From Tubiluchus corallicola (lineage: Eukaryota > Animalia > Priapulida), in contig JAQGDQ010001141.1 of NCBI GenBank assembly GCA_030141605.1, forward strand, positions 1 through 59,760: a stretch of DNA of 59,760 bases, in the 5' to 3' direction. This document shows positions 1 to 12,045 of this stretch, piece after piece (positions within the stretch are counted from its first letter, which is position 1; the number at the start of each line of letters is the position of its first letter). The notes below the pieces were generated by a model. It was not told the DNA's origin. It saw only the letters and a program-made list of their open reading frames with translations, and did no database searches. The translations under genes were made by a program, and so were the position numbers.

Positions 1-378
1 TTGTGACTGTTGTGTCACACAGGAACAGTAGGTGGTTATCAAGACTAGTTTATATCAGAAGCAAACAGATATCGTTTAACTGACGTTTTAAAGCGGTAAA
101 TGTTACATACACTCAGGATTCTACTCAAAAAGAACACAAAGTTGTGACTGTTGTGTCACACAGGAACAGTAGGTGGTTATCAAGACTAGTTTATATCAGA
201 AGCAAACAGATATCGTTTAACTGACGTTTTAAAGCGGTAAATGTTACACTCAGGATTCTACTCAAAAAGAACACAAAGTTGTGACTGTTGTGTCACACAG
301 GAACAGTAGGTGGTTATCAAGACTAGTTTATATAAGTAGCACACAGATATCGTTTAACTGACGTTTTAAAGCGGTAAA
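1..378. repeat. ~140-bp tandem repeat, about 2.7 copies visible
   Basis: Unit starting ttgtgactgttgtgtcacacagg recurs at 1, 142 and 279. Confidence 0.95.
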
Positions 379-562
379 GCCGATTATGTAACGAGATATT
401 CACATGCAACTTACGTGATCTTGATGACAGGCTTGTGGCTAGGCAATACTTGTATTACTTGTTTTATGTTCCGTGTTGCTCGATTTGTCTTAGAAATGGA
501 AAGCAGAAAGGTCAGTACAGAATTCACTGCCAAGCTTCCGGCAGGAATTATGAACAGCGAAG

Positions 563-648
563 CTGAAATGAAAAAAGTTTGATGCTGAAATGAAAAAAGT
601 TTGATGCAGAAATGAAAAAAGCTTGATGCTGAAATGAAAGTTTGATGA
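563..648. repeat. ~22-bp tandem repeat (gctgaaatgaaaaaagtttgat)
   Basis: About four degenerate copies read directly. Confidence 0.85.
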
Positions 649-718
649 TGTAAATTACAAGAAATAGAGACAATTTAACTGAAATGATCAAATAATTGCT
701 TTTGAGAATAGGAAGATT

Positions 719-1195
719 TCTTTGGAAACAAAAATTAGAATATTCTCAGCCTTAGTTGAAACTGTATTTCTGTATAACTCTGAGCTCTGGACATTAAAAG
801 CAAATCATAAAGGCGAAATTACAGAAACATTTTGGGTATTAGATGGCCAAAGAAAATTTCAAACAAAGATCTATATGAAAAAATAAAAGAAGAACCTTGG
901 ACAAGAAAAATAAAAAGATGCCGTTTAAGATGGATTGGGTATATGCTTAGACTACCTGATGATATTCCAGTGAAGATAGCTCTTCAACAAACCATAGAAT
1001 CAGCTAAAAAACCTGCAGGAGGACAAATGTTAACATATTTGAATTTTGCACAGAAAGATTTAAACACTTCAGCATTGATCCTTAGAAATAAATCCACTTG
1101 GGGCATTGCAGCGAGTAGGGAGTCCTGGCATAGGGAGGTGAGCAGAATCATGTCCCTGGACGTATGATTCATTGGATGATGATGATGATGATGAT
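719..1195 (+). mobile_element. 5'-truncated, degraded RTE-clade non-LTR retrotransposon 3' end
   Basis: Translates (with a frameshift/deletion) to SLETKIRIFSALVETVFLYNSELWTL and GIRWPKKISNKDLY...RLRWIGYMLRLPDDIPVK, typical of the RTE ORF C-terminus; followed by a (TGA)n tail at ~1176-1195. Confidence 0.8.
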
Positions 1196-1419
1196 AGACT
1201 GTCTTGCTGTTCTGATCTTCTTTGATTAAATTCCTAATTAGTTTAATAAATACTATTTTATTATGCACGCATTTGTCTAGTTGCTAATATTATTGTAGCG
1301 TGTAACAGCATCAAGGAAAACGATACTACAGTATTTGATTGGTAACTATAGCCCAGTCTGTAAACTTATTAAAACTCAAGACACGATATAGTGAAGTGTT
1401 GCAAAACATTATTGTTATA

Positions 1420-2028
1420 GAACATTTAGTACATTTAGTAAAAGAACATTTAGTACATTTAGCAAAAGAACATTTAGTACATTTAGCAAAAGAACATTTA
1501 GTACATTTAGCAAAAGTACATTTAGCAAAAGAACATTTAGTACATTTAGTAAAAGAACATTTAGTACATTTAGCAAAAGAACATTTAGTACATTTAGTAA
1601 AAGAACATTTAGTACATTTAGTAAAAGAACATTTAGTACATTTAGTAAAAGAACATTTAGTACATTTAGCAAAAGTACATTTAGTAAAAGAACATTTAGT
1701 ACATTTAGCAAAAGAACATTTAGTACATTTAGTAAAAGAACATTTAGTACATTTAGTAAAAGAACATTTAGTACATTTAGCAAAAGAACATTTAGTACAT
1801 TTAGCAAAAGAACATTTAGTACATTTAGTTAAAGAACATTTAGTACATTTAGTAAAAGAACATTTAGTACATTTAGTAAAAGAGCATTTAGTACATTTAG
1901 CAAAAGAACATTTAGTACATTTAGTTAAAGAACATTTAGTACATTTAGTAAAAGAACATTTAGTACATTTAGTGAAAGAACATTTAGTACATTTAGTAAA
2001 AGAGCATTTAGTACATTTAGCAAAAGAA
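1420..2028. repeat. 24-bp minisatellite (gaacatttagtacatttagYaaaa)n
   Basis: About 25 near-perfect units; accounts for the spurious ORFs 1326..2069, 1339..2229 and 1415..1807. Confidence 0.97.
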
Positions 2029-2059
2029 CGGACTACTTTGCAAACACCACAGCAAACGT

Positions 2060-2188
2060 TTAATAACAAATGGCTATTTGATTATTTACAAGATTCTGTT
2101 TCAGTAACACACCACAAGAAGTTATTATCAAATGTGCAAAAGCCAATGCGGCCCTGTAAAAAAAACAACTGCGTAGTGAAAGGGTTAA
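2060..2188. mobile_element. right end of a piggyBac-like non-autonomous element
   Basis: About 125 bp similar to 39723-39849, ending in TIR cgtagtgaaaggg followed by TTAA. Confidence 0.8.
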
Positions 2189-2399
2189 GACACCAAAAAC
2201 TGACACATCTAATCTCTATTTCAACGTAGTAGCGCAAGTGAAAATTTTGCACAGAAAAAACATGCTATAACTACAATTTCTTACTGTCAAAAGGTAGCAA
2301 CACAGTGTAGTTGCCATAGCAACCGAGATCTTCTAAATCAGGCATCACAGTTTTAACTCCCTTATAGCAATACCAAGTATACCTGAAAATATAATAAAT

Positions 2400-2980
2400 A
2401 TGTGTGCAAAAACCATCCATAAGTCATCATAGTTAAAACTACATAATGATACTTCAAAGTAGAATGCACCAAAAATCTGGTCAAATGTCAATTTTTTGTT
2501 TTTTTTATGAAAACAAATGCTAAATATATTGGACATTTATATTCTAGATTCAAATTACCAAGAAAATATGAAAAAATACTAAATTTTATAATCCCACACC
2601 CACTTTTCTGGCTAGAAACTAGTAATTCAATTGAAAAAACTTATATTTTCAAACGTTGACTGTAGTTGATGGAAGCAGTAATTTTGCTTCCGTTTTTTTT
2701 TCTGTTGCCAAGCACAGATCTTGGTCTGGGAGAGTCATTTAATGGATTTAAACATAACACCAACGTGTTTCTGTGAAGTCGGTAGCAACTAGCATTTGTG
2801 CGGTTGCTAAGTGTTTTGTAGAAACACGCAAAAAACAATGGCTGACTTTAACAGTGATTTTCTCGAGGTTATGTTTTTCGGTGCATAGCCTGCACCTCAA
2901 CTTCAACATGGATTATCTCAGCTTAGAAATAAGATAGAGTGATGAGTTTGGTATCAAAATGATCCTCATGAAACATTCAG
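2400..2980. repeat. dispersed repeat (probable DNA-transposon relic), inverted partner of 5860-6420
   Basis: e.g. ggtatcaaaatgatcctcatgaaa (2950) is the reverse complement of tttcatgaggatcattttgatacc (5870); similarity continues over ~580 bp. Confidence 0.85.
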
Positions 2981-3562
2981 GTCACGTCAATTTATTTCAC
3001 TCCAGCAATACATCAACATACAATATTATTGAAACAAAAAGAAACAGTATAGGTAAAAATTTGCCTATAAGGGTATAAGAGTTGCTGTATGGCACAAATG
3101 AGTGAATGAAAGAATGGTTAGGGTTAGTAGACATGATGGAATGGAAAAAAAATAGTAAGATTAGGGAAAGAAAGAAGGAAAAGAGGAGAGGAAACGATCA
3201 CAGTGTATGTTTAATTTACATAGAGCTATATTAAAATAACATTATAATTGATTGGAGGCCGTTAAACCTGAAACAGCGTGAAGTAAGGCCCATGATGTGT
3301 GAGTGTGACCTTTAAAACAAAAGAACAGGTAAATGGCCATGTATGTATGTGAGTATGTATGCATGTATGTATGTATGCATGTATGCTTGTATGCATGTAT
3401 GTATATATGTATGTATGTACCTATGTATGTAAACAGGGAAACTTGTTGCAAACGCCATGCAAACTTGGAAAGTCACTCAGCACGAGTCACTGACTAAGAA
3501 CACATATATACATCGACGTGACTTTGGGGTTTCTGAACTGGACCTTGTGAAAAACAACGTAC

Positions 3563-3756
3563 CCGAGCCTTAAGCTGTCCAATTCTGAGCCGACTACATC
3601 ACCATTGAGCTCCAAAAAAGCAAAGTCATTCGACAAATAATCTGGATCGTAAGAAGCTGAAGCATCCATGGTAAGATCGGTATCCTTTCCGACGACTCTG
3701 AACGGTCCGCCATCAATAACAGCAACTAAACCCACGCTTTCAATGAGGAACCAGCC
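3563..3756 (-). CDS. internal exon of a PKD1/REJ-like protein (REJ region)
   Basis: ttctttag acceptor, phase 0 with the upstream exon; GWFLIESVGLVAVIDGGPFRVVGKDTDLTMDASASYDPD is a typical REJ motif; donor gtacgt. Confidence 0.8.
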
Positions 3757-3975
3757 CTAAAGAAAAATGACGTACGACAGTTTACAGTTTTCTATCCAAT
3801 ACAAACATACATAAACAAACAAATAGTTTTTAACAGGTATTTAAAAGATGTTCCTTCTTTTTCGCCTAAAAAGAAGCTTTAGCTACTTCAGCTGATAAGA
3901 ATAGACACTCCAAAAAGCAATGCACATCAAATCCGTGAAGTTTTTAGGGTGCAGGGGCAGCATATGTATATGTGT

Positions 3976-4006
<31 letters not shown>

Positions 4007-4743
4007 TATACATATATATATATATATGTACACATTTCCATATATATATATATATATATGGAAATAGTTTATCAGATACACATGATACCTTAAAATCTCC
4101 TTTCTGAATTGAAAAATAATTTTGTCCATAAAGTTAGTTTATTTCTTGGTCTCTGACTCAGTAATAACAATACAATTCTAAATAACTATGTGTCGTGACG
4201 TTAAAGTTGTTACTGGGGTATTTCGGGGAGAGCCAACAACCGACATTAGCAGCTATATCAGACAATTTTTGTAGTTGCGATGTTCGTGTTAAACAGATGA
4301 AATCACTGGATGAAAACAAGGTTTAACTTTGCTATCTGTATTTTATTCAAAATCATAATCTCATAGTCAATCCACATACACAAGAAAATGGTAAACATAA
4401 TCAACACTAGTAAACAAAAGTTAAAGTAAATCCATCAACCAGTAAATCATGGCACCTGAGTCAAAACGTTATTATAACCAAACCACTGTTTCAGCCCATT
4501 GCCTGTCCTCTAATCTTGCTACCAAGTGTGAAAAACTACTACATTCACAGAGAAGCCCAGTAACCCAGTTCCATACAAACATATAGCAGTAGCAAGTACA
4601 CACATATACTGGAAACTTCCAAGTGTACAAACAGATGTCAGCACTGACTTAGCGGTAATGAAAAAGTAAAGTTTAAAACTACAAATCAAAATTAATAATA
4701 AACTGTAAATTAAATGCACGCATCTGCGACACTATGTACTTAC

Positions 4744-5477
4744 CTGATCACTGTTCTGTATGGTGTGATCTGTCATTTCCACAGTTACCGTAAGACGTAC
4801 AATGTAGCTGCCGGGACGAAGCATTCGCGCGGGTATCGGGAGATGTGTACCGGTACAATTCACATGCGGTAACACAAGCACGTTGTTCTCCGCAGGAACA
4901 TCAAAAAATTCGTTTATCAGAAAAATCTGCCACTTGTTCCGAGTTGAGACGAAGTCCGAGCATTCATTATAAATTATGGACGAGAAAGTTAAAGAAGTGG
5001 AAACTTTGTACGCCGGTGCTGTACGGACGTCGTGACCGGCTCCAATCACGCGTACACGCACGACACATTTGTCTCTTAGTATCTTTACTTTGCTGGATAA
5101 CGTCACGAATGATTCGTTTGTGCCGGCGAGCAAACCAACCACGCGGACGTCATACGTACCAGGTTTAGAGTATTGATGAGAATACGAATAAACACTGCCA
5201 GTCAATGACTGATCTAACAAACTCTCCTGATCCAGAGTCGCATTTTCAATAGGAATAAAATGTTGACAGTTGATTTTGAAAGTAATCGAGTCGCCCATGT
5301 CCCACAATATCTCCGCTTCCCTGTGATTACAGTCACCGTGTAATAAGAAGTGAATAGGAAAACCAACGTAATACCCGTCTTCACTCGATTCAGCAAGAAG
5401 AGATAGTTTTGGGGGCATTTGACGTTTTGGTAGTTTTGGAGGCATCTGTCGCCCTGACCTAGCGCTCACTGTCGTGT
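4744..5477 (-). CDS. internal exon of a PKD1/REJ-like protein (PKD domain plus start of REJ region)
   Basis: ttttag acceptor and CAG|gtaagt donor; PKD signature WDMGD...SHQYSKPGTYDVRV, then LPIPARMLRPGSYIVRLTV. Confidence 0.85.
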
Positions 5478-5859
5478 CTAAAATTCAAAATGTCCGCAGT
5501 TATCGTCACAAACAAAAATACTTTTCGTTATTTAGAAAGCTATGACCAAAATGCCAAATTTCGTCTAACTTATACTGCAGATAAAGTGAGAATAAACTTA
5601 AATGTTTATGTATTCAGGTTCTGAGCACATTATTCACACAAACTTTCATTTTCAATCATAATGAGTTAGAATGTGTGTTATCTTAGCTTAGAATGTGAGT
5701 ACTGTGGTAATTTTGTTTTTGATGTGTTAGGTTGGCAATTTTTAAATAGTCACAAAACAAAAGTTTTAGTTTTGCAACAAAATTACAAATATATGTGTGC
5801 TTGCATAGCAAAAACATCCGCAAGTTAGCAATTAAGCTTTTCTAGTTGTTCACATATCC

Positions 5860-6420
5860 TGAATTTACATTTCATGAGGATCATTTTGATACCAAGTTCA
5901 TTGCTCTACATTATTTCCAAGCTGAGATAATCCACATTGAAGTTGAGGTGCAGGTCATGCAATGAAAAATCTAACCTTGAGAAAATCACTGTTAAAATCA
6001 ACCATTGTTTTTTTGTTGAGTTTCTACAAAACACTTAGCAACCGTACAAATGTTGGTTGCTATGGACTTTGCAAGAACACATTGAACTTATGTTTAAATC
6101 CAATAGATGGCTCTTCCTGGTGAAGATCCGGGCTTGGCACCTGAAAAACGACGGCAATATGACTGCTTCCTTGATCTACAATCAGTTTGAAAATAAGTTT
6201 TTTACAATCGCAGTCCTAGTTTCTGGCTAGCAAAGTCAGTACGCTGTTATAAAATTAAATTTTCGAACATTTTCTTGATAATCGATACTAGAATATAAAA
6301 CTCCAATATATTTAGTGTTTGTTTCGATAAAAAACAAAAATTTTTGGTTCATTCTACTTTGAAGCATTGTAACGTAGTTTTAACTATGTCCACGTATGGA
6401 CGGTTTTGGTTTGCAAGCAC
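5860..6420. repeat. dispersed repeat, inverted partner of 2400-2980
   Basis: Reverse-complement similarity to 2400-2980 read directly. Confidence 0.85.
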
Positions 6421-6924
6421 ACGTATAATTAACTAGCTGCTTAATGAGAACTAATTTTCAACAATTTGACTAATGCAGCTGTTGATTTACACCGTACCTA
6501 ATAAAGTTCATCATTACTTATATCCAGGCATGTGGAAGCATCTGCTTTGCTATAATGAAATCTTAGTATATCAAAGTTATAAGCAGTTTTCCCCAGTTTA
6601 GACAGATTTTTAGCAGGTGAACTCGTGGCAAGTTGAAGAGCTGAGTGGAAAGATTTCCACATTTGTGCTGTGGGTTCAATACTAGCTCACTCATTCGCAC
6701 ACTTTGCAGGTTCACTCATAGAAAGAGGATGCCCGAAAGTGGATGAAATATTTCTCCTCCTTCAGTCACCCATCTCAGTAGGACATCATTGATAATAACC
6801 CAAGTTTCGGTCTTGCCGTGAACATCTCTATGAATAGGTTTTCTCTGTGAGTGTTTTTTGTAGCACCGTGTACTGAAGTATTTTACAAGCAAAGAAGAAG
6901 AAAAAATACAATTCTGTGTCTACG

Positions 6925-7280
6925 AGTTATACAAAGCATTGTAACTAATCAATAATCAAAAATATTGTTGCTACTTCTTCATACCTTACTTAGTGTTTAT
7001 ACACGAATAGGATTTCTCTGACGACCTGTTTTATGACATTACTTAAACAAAAGCTGTCCCATGAGGCAGCTATGACATTCTTATTGTAGAGTAATCGACT
7101 TCTAATGAAGACTTTGGCAGTTAAAGTTATACGAAGCATTGTAACTACTCAATAATCAAAAATATTGTTGCTATTTCTTCATACCTTACTTAGTGTTTAT
7201 ACACGAATAGGATTTCTCTAATGACCTGTTTTATGACATTACTTAAACAAAAGCTGGCCCATGAGGCATTTATGACATTC
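6925..7280. repeat. local direct duplication of ~155 bp with 200-bp period
   Basis: 6925-7080 is similar to 7125-7280 (agttatacRaagcattgtaacta...tatgacattc). Confidence 0.9.
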
Positions 7281-7384
7281 ACATCACATATATAGAAAAT
7301 TATACATTAAAACCATTAATTTATCAACTGTAGTAGATGTTACTAAACTCATCTAAGTGGCAACGTATAGAAGAAAGTTAGTAC

Positions 7385-7489
7385 CCTCACAGTTGCGTCC
7401 CGTAAACCACGCCACACATCTACAAGAATAACCATCCACTGCCTCTATACACTGGCCACCATTCTGACATGGTTCAGATCTACAATAAA
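7385..7489 (-). CDS. EGF-like domain exon of the PKD1/REJ-like gene
   Basis: Not in the ORF track. Translates YCRSEPCQNGGQCIEAVDGYSCRCVAWFTGRNCE (six-Cys EGF); phase 1-1 module with ttttttag acceptor; splices in frame to the exon starting at 5477. Confidence 0.85.
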
Positions 7490-9744
7490 CTAAAAAACAA
7501 AAAATCAACTCAACACAGATTACTAAATAAACAAGAACGTATCAAGCAATTTTGACGCTCTAGGCAGATAGTTCAGTCCTGCTCATCTGTATGACGGATT
7601 TACGGCTGTTTATATTTGAAGGGCAATCATATATATTTATTTCGTATATATATGTATATGTATACGTATATATATGTATATGTATATATACATATATATA
7701 CATAATTGGGTTTATATATAACCGACGAGGCTACAGCTCCGACGACAGCACCATTTTCGACGATCTATACGTCAAATGTTCGCATCTGGGGGTTTATTTT
7801 TCGAATCGGGCCCACAGGTAGGAACAAGGGCCGAAAAACCTCCAAAAATGGCCATTTTTTGCAAAACTTATACCCCTTATTTCTAGAGATACGGAATGGA
7901 CCACAGCGAGTACTGGTAATGATTGAAGAGCGCATTCAACGGTAGGTGTAACAGTCATATTTAGTTCTCGCGGGAGGGTTACGGCATCATGTGGCGGGCG
8001 TTTTCCCGGACCCAACCACCCTCTGCAAAAAACTGCTCAACCAGCCTCTAGAAAAACTCAATTTGTACAACTGTTTGGGCAAACTGGGAAAAATAAACAC
8101 ACTCACAGAAAGAGGACAAACAGTCTACAAAAGGTCGAAGGTTTCGCTAGGAGAGATGTCCACTAGACGAAACAAGAGAAGTGTATATCAAAGTTCTTTT
8201 TCAACCCCCCTAAGCTGCACGCTATTTGGAACAGCCATTGTCTTCGATCTTGACAAATTTCGCGGCTGTTCCAGACATTATTGTCACCCGCCGTTCTAAT
8301 ATGGAGATTAAATTTAATGTTCACAGTTGCTATTTAAACTTACAGGTTGTTACAATGTTGCTAGCAAATTATTTTAACCTCAAACAAATGTATGACTCTT
8401 CAATGAACAAAACCTGTGATTTTAAAATGCAAGCAAAAATAAACAGTTATGACGAAACTCTAAAGTTAAGTGCTAAGACACTGATAAAGAAAGTAGAATA
8501 CAGGTGAGGTTCTTTTTATATCTCATAAACTTTATTTTCTGAATTAGTAGGGATACAACACATTGCTCTCTATCTCTGTCAAGTCACATGCTTACAATCT
8601 GATCTGTAAAAACCAATTGCCCAGGTAAAATTTTCCATGAAGTAAAAGGAAGCCAGTAATTCAATGAAGGTAAATGTTATGCATACTAGTTCAAGGATGA
8701 AAGTTTAGACCGTATACAAAGAAATAAACTTATTTTATAGACGAAATTTCTTGGGTGGGATTTTTAATATTTTAACAAGAGAATGTAATAATATGACTAT
8801 TGATAATAATTACAAGCTAATAATTAATAAAATCAAGAAATCGTGAGCTTCACGACATCAGTTAGCTATTAATGTTACTAAAATGACACACTAGACAAAG
8901 AAAAGCTGGAAATAAACACGGAAGAAGTGTTTAACATTTTAATAAAATAGCTAACATCAAGTCAAAAAGTAAACACAAACATCATGAAAATTCAAGATTT
9001 TCATTCCAATGTTGAGCGTGACTTGCAAGTCTGTTTTCAGCTAAAGAGACAAATGTTAACAAGTGTAACACGTGTGTTCTAAAAAGAACGTTACCACCAT
9101 TACATCAGTTGTTTCAAAAATTAACAACAACAGATTAATTTAAAAATACCATGTAAAAAAAGATTGAACGTTTTCACTGTACGCTATTTTCAAGTGAAAA
9201 AAACAAGAAAAACGCAAAAGTGATCAGTAAATACTTATTTTCTTTTCATGTGAAGACACTCCACAGTAGTAAAACAAAACATCGTGTTTTTTCTTTCCTC
9301 AGTTGGGGGATTTTTAAATGGCTTTTATTGTACCAATTCTTAACATGTACTTAGAATGTTATAAATACTTGCAGATAAAACTAGCAAACTACGTACAAGG
9401 ATTTATTTTTCTAGATATGTTTCATAATTTCACTTTCTAACTGTAACTGTAACACTTAGTAACAGTAGCATATTTTGAGTGACCAATGATCCTTGTCTGG
9501 GCTATGTGTATAAAAAAATGATGACCCGCAAGCCAGCAATAAACTACATGTAATTGGTATTATTCAATAATCAACCCCAAAACAAAACGAGTGACGTCAT
9601 CGAATGATGTCACTGAAATGCCACGGCAACAACTCTCTTATGATGTAACAGTTTCAAGTAAACTACCGAGTGAGACACACGCTTTTAAAACGTCGCCCCA
9701 CTCATATTTAACAAAAGAATTATCAAAGCGTTTCAATTTCAAAA

Positions 9745-9852
9745 ATGCCGCGCAGGTATGCAGTAGCAACGACCCGTTTACCACCCGGGGTCACGGTGCA
9801 TCCGCCACCCGGAGATCCTCCAGGGAGGATCTTCCCTGCGCTAGATGGAAGG
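9745..9852 (+). CDS. exon 1 of a putative uncharacterised gene
   Basis: aaaATG start, GC-rich, MPRRYAVATTRLPPGVTVHPPPGDPPGRIFPALDGR, AGG|gtaagc donor, phase 0. Confidence 0.6.
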
Positions 9853-10267
9853 GTAAGCCATTTCATTTCGCATTTTATTAAGAGATCTTGACAAGAAGAA
9901 AACATTTGTGACATTTAATCCTTCTGGTATTTTGAGTTCATAAACATTTTATTTATCGATTTTGTTGAGTTTGGGGCTGTTAAATGCAAGCCAAGCAGTT
10001 TATAACATAGCAACTCTATGTTGATAGTTGCTATAGAGATCATAATTGTGCGTTTTGTTGCAACTAGGCTCAGCATCTGAGTACAAATTTTCTGGTTGTC
10101 AAGTCACACAAAACAAAGCATGACGTAAGCAAATAGAGCTTAGGTTCTGACAGTAAACTTACAGTATTATTAATACAGATTTATGCAATGATATGCCAGC
10201 GCAAATAACTAGCCGCCTACGCTAAAATGTTGATTAAATTGCCTCCATTGATTGATCGCATTTCTAG

Positions 10268-10347
10268 GCACAAGTCCCAAGAAGGAGGCCATTGGAAGTG
10301 CAAGGAAGAACAGCCTCAGTGCATACCAGACCATCAGGAGTGCAGCT
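10268..10347 (+). CDS. exon 2 of a putative uncharacterised gene
   Basis: tttctag acceptor and gtaagt donor; AQVPRRRPLEVQGRTASVHTRPSGVQ, phase 0 to phase 2. Confidence 0.6.
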
Positions 10348-10844
10348 GTAAGTCTAAACCTTTTGACTCCCTTGAACGGTGATAATTTTACGATTAAACA
10401 TATCAACACTTCACATAAAGTTGTATCAAAGATCCAACCAGCCACAAACTAGCAGTTGCCTAAACATCATTTCTTGAAACTTTAGAGGTGAAAAAACTGT
10501 ACTTGACGTTTAGTTAGAACTGAAGAACTTGTTGCCTATTAGTATTTAGCAAATCAACAACTTGGCCAGCCAATGAAAGTAAGACAGTCAGCAGTCATTC
10601 ATTCATTTGGCTGGTCTGTAAGTAAGTAGTTAATCAATCAGTCAGTCAGCCAGTCAATAAGCAGTTAATCCTTCAGTTAGTTAATCAGTCAGTCAGTAGT
10701 ACTAGTCAGTCAACCAGTTAACAGTATTTCACTCAGTTAGTCAGTCAGTGACAGCCAACCAACCAATCAGGTCAACTAGACTGCTTGATGAGTAATCACA
10801 ATCGCAATAACTAATAAGTTTTAGTATCTTTGTCAAAATTGCAG

Positions 10845-11022
10845 TCCGAATGTGCCCAACACACCAGCAAGAAGAGCTTATCGTCACCTATGCCACAGCA
10901 GCGCAAGACAGCAAATGTATGTCTTAGATAGAGGAGATGCGTACCACCTGCCTCCAATACACACAACAACAAGCCTTTGTGGCAGCAAAAAGACCTTGTG
11001 TGAGCGGAGCTTGCCTCCCGGG
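10845..11022 (+). CDS. exon 3 of a putative uncharacterised gene
   Basis: ctaat branch-like motif and ttgcag acceptor; the phase-2 join selects the only open frame (PNVPNTPARRAY...HLPPIH...SLPPG); gtatgt donor. Confidence 0.6.
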
Positions 11023-12045
11023 GTATGTGTCGTTCCATGTATTATTTGATTGTATATATGTTCAAGTGTAATTAACGCTAAACTAGATCCTTTGTCGAGA
11101 ATTAGTAACTAGTTATGCATAACTTCAAACTTTCAGCTTTTTTTTGGAAAGGACCGCCTTTTAAACAACTTTTAACTATTTAACGAAAACGGAAGCTGAA
11201 AATATCAGGTTTTACTGCTGGAGGTTCTGGATGGTTGTCCTAAAGAAAAATTTACCTGAATTTTGTATTGATCCAGTCAGTTATTGCAAATTTTTTAGAG
11301 AAAAACCACTTATAGAGATACTTCAGGGAACTGACTAATACAATTCAATTATTTATTATCTCCGTTAGAACGATAAAAATACAGTATAAAGAATACATGG
11401 AATATTTTGAAGCAAAGGAGAAGGGCAGCGAAGAACCCGTAGGTTATCAAGTCAGCCACCCTTAAATAGTTATGATTAAATAAACTTAATTATGGCGTCG
11501 TTATCAATTTAAATTTGTATTCAGTTGATGTGTGTTAATTTGGCAATTGAATGATAGGTATCGTAATACTGTAGAACATATAGTTTAAATAACGAAAGAT
11601 TTACAATTCTAAAATACTATGAATCATGTGAAGCAAACACAATAAAAATAACTTGAGATTTTTAAGATAACAGAATATGCATAATTTGAGCATTAACTAA
11701 AAAATCCGGCAAAAACAAAAAACAGTAAAATGATCAACCAAAGCTGTCGAGAAAAAATATAATAGATTAAACCAAGGAAAAATAAGGCTAATATAAATCA
11801 TACAAAACAAAACAAGAAACAGAAGCAAATAAGAAAAACAAAACTGAAATGTTGTAATAATAACATCAATGACTGAATTTGTTGAGAAAGAAAATATAAT
11901 AAATTAAACCATCGAAAAACTACTTCAACTGTAAATCATACAAAATGAAATCAAAATATAACAAAAACTTAAACAAAATCTTTAAGTGTCGTAGCAATGA
12001 AAAAAATATGTATAGTATTACAAGTATATAAGCAAAATGTCTCAT

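Noticed and set aside
1326-2229. Long ORFs with KCTKCSF / EHLVHLVK repeats
   Set aside because: Translations of a stop-free 24-bp minisatellite on both strands; no splice or homology support.
6638-6700. tRNA or tRNA-SINE head (A-box-like gagctgagtgg, B-box-like ggttcaatac)
   Set aside because: Boxes degenerate and too close, no cloverleaf, no second copy in the window.
10811-11038. Minus-strand ORF as an upstream PKD/REJ exon
   Set aside because: No recognisable domain; splice signals and frame continuity support the plus strand instead.
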